Shown here piece by piece: positions 63,494-64,000 of a stretch of DNA of 64,000 nucleotides (position 1 is its first letter; each line of letters begins with the position of its first letter). The DNA lies in the sequence record MW460245.1; one strand, written 5' to 3'. The translations under genes and the position numbers were made by a program. A model generated the notes under the pieces. It ran no database searches. It worked only from the letters and a program-made list of their open reading frames with translations, and was not told the origin of the DNA.

Positions 63494-63495
63494 TC

Positions 63496-64000
63496 TTGAC
63501 CAAGATCGTTCAAGTCGAGAACCTCGACTTTCAAAACCTCCTCAACACCGAAGACCTGTACGAGGTGCTCGGCCTGACGAAGGACGCAACGGTGAAGCAA
63601 ATCAAGGCAGCGTACCGCAAGCTGTCTATGAAGTTTCACCCGGACCGCAACGGCAGCTCTGAGGAGTCCATCAAGGCGTTCCAGAAGATCCAGCATGCCT
63701 ACGCGATCCTGTCGAAGCGGGAGAAGCGTGACTTCTATGACCTCGTCGGTGGTGAGTATCCGACTGAGGATCAGCTCAAGCAGAAGGCGCAGTCGCTGTG
63801 GGCGAAGGTGCTGACCGAAGTTATGGATCAGGCGGCGCAGCGCGATCAACTGGTGATCGCCATGTACAATCCAGTCTCCGATGCGCGCGGTATGCTCCAG
63901 CAGAACAAGCGGCAGATGGAGAACCAGCGCAAGAAGATGGCGCACATGGTCGAACGCTATCAATCGATGATGAAGCGGATGAAGCACGCGAAGGGTGAGT
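63496..64000 (+). CDS. DnaJ J-domain protein (truncated by the window end)
   Basis: TTG start after AAGGA; DLYEVLGLTKDAT..QIKAAYRKLSMKFHPDRN...F.KIQHAYAILS...KR..YD; absent from the ORF track because there is no stop in the window. Confidence 0.85.
   Translation, partial: MTKIVQVENLDFQNLLNTEDLYEVLGLTKDATVKQIKAAYRKLSMKFHPDRNGSSEESIKAFQKIQHAYAILSKREKRDFYDLVGGEYPTEDQLKQKAQSLWAKVLTEVMDQAAQRDQLVIAMYNPVSDARGMLQQNKRQMENQRKKMAHMVERYQSMMKRMKHAKGE

Overview
This 64 kb window reads as part of a lytic jumbo-phage genome of moderately high GC. A Burkholderia-like (Betaproteobacterial) host is inferred from the H-NS and HisJ/ArgT-type homologues, and the replication gene set resembles phiRSL1/BcepSauron-type phages (inference, not searched). 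Genes run on the minus strand from about 220 to 30.9 kb and on the plus strand from 31.4 kb to the end; the switch falls in a hairpin-rich intergenic region. The window encodes DNA and nucleotide metabolism (ThyX, family A DNA polymerase, primase, two helicases, SbcD-like nuclease, two-subunit type IIA topoisomerase, SSB-like protein), a sigma-region-2-like factor, spanins, nucleoid-like basic proteins and many hypotheticals. No capsid or tail genes, integrase, IS or CRISPR array were recognised. Top candidates for new biology: (1) a 7-deazaguanine DNA-modification locus (folE, queD, queE, dpdA/TGT, dpdL-like) with no recognisable queC in the window, co-operonic with a GT4 glycosyltransferase, a PIG-L/LmbE deacetylase, a PAPS-reductase-like PP-loop protein and a P-loop kinase, suggesting an undescribed (sugar-)hypermodification; (2) two related non-canonical tRNA-like RNAs sharing an 8-bp acceptor stem and an 8-nt UCGCSUAR anticodon loop, one with an 87-nt structured variable region; (3) anti-defence candidates (Acb2-like sponge, catalytically altered Acb1-like 2H fold, PDEase-like HD protein, H-NS); (4) a recurrent GTAGTAAATA promoter-like motif.
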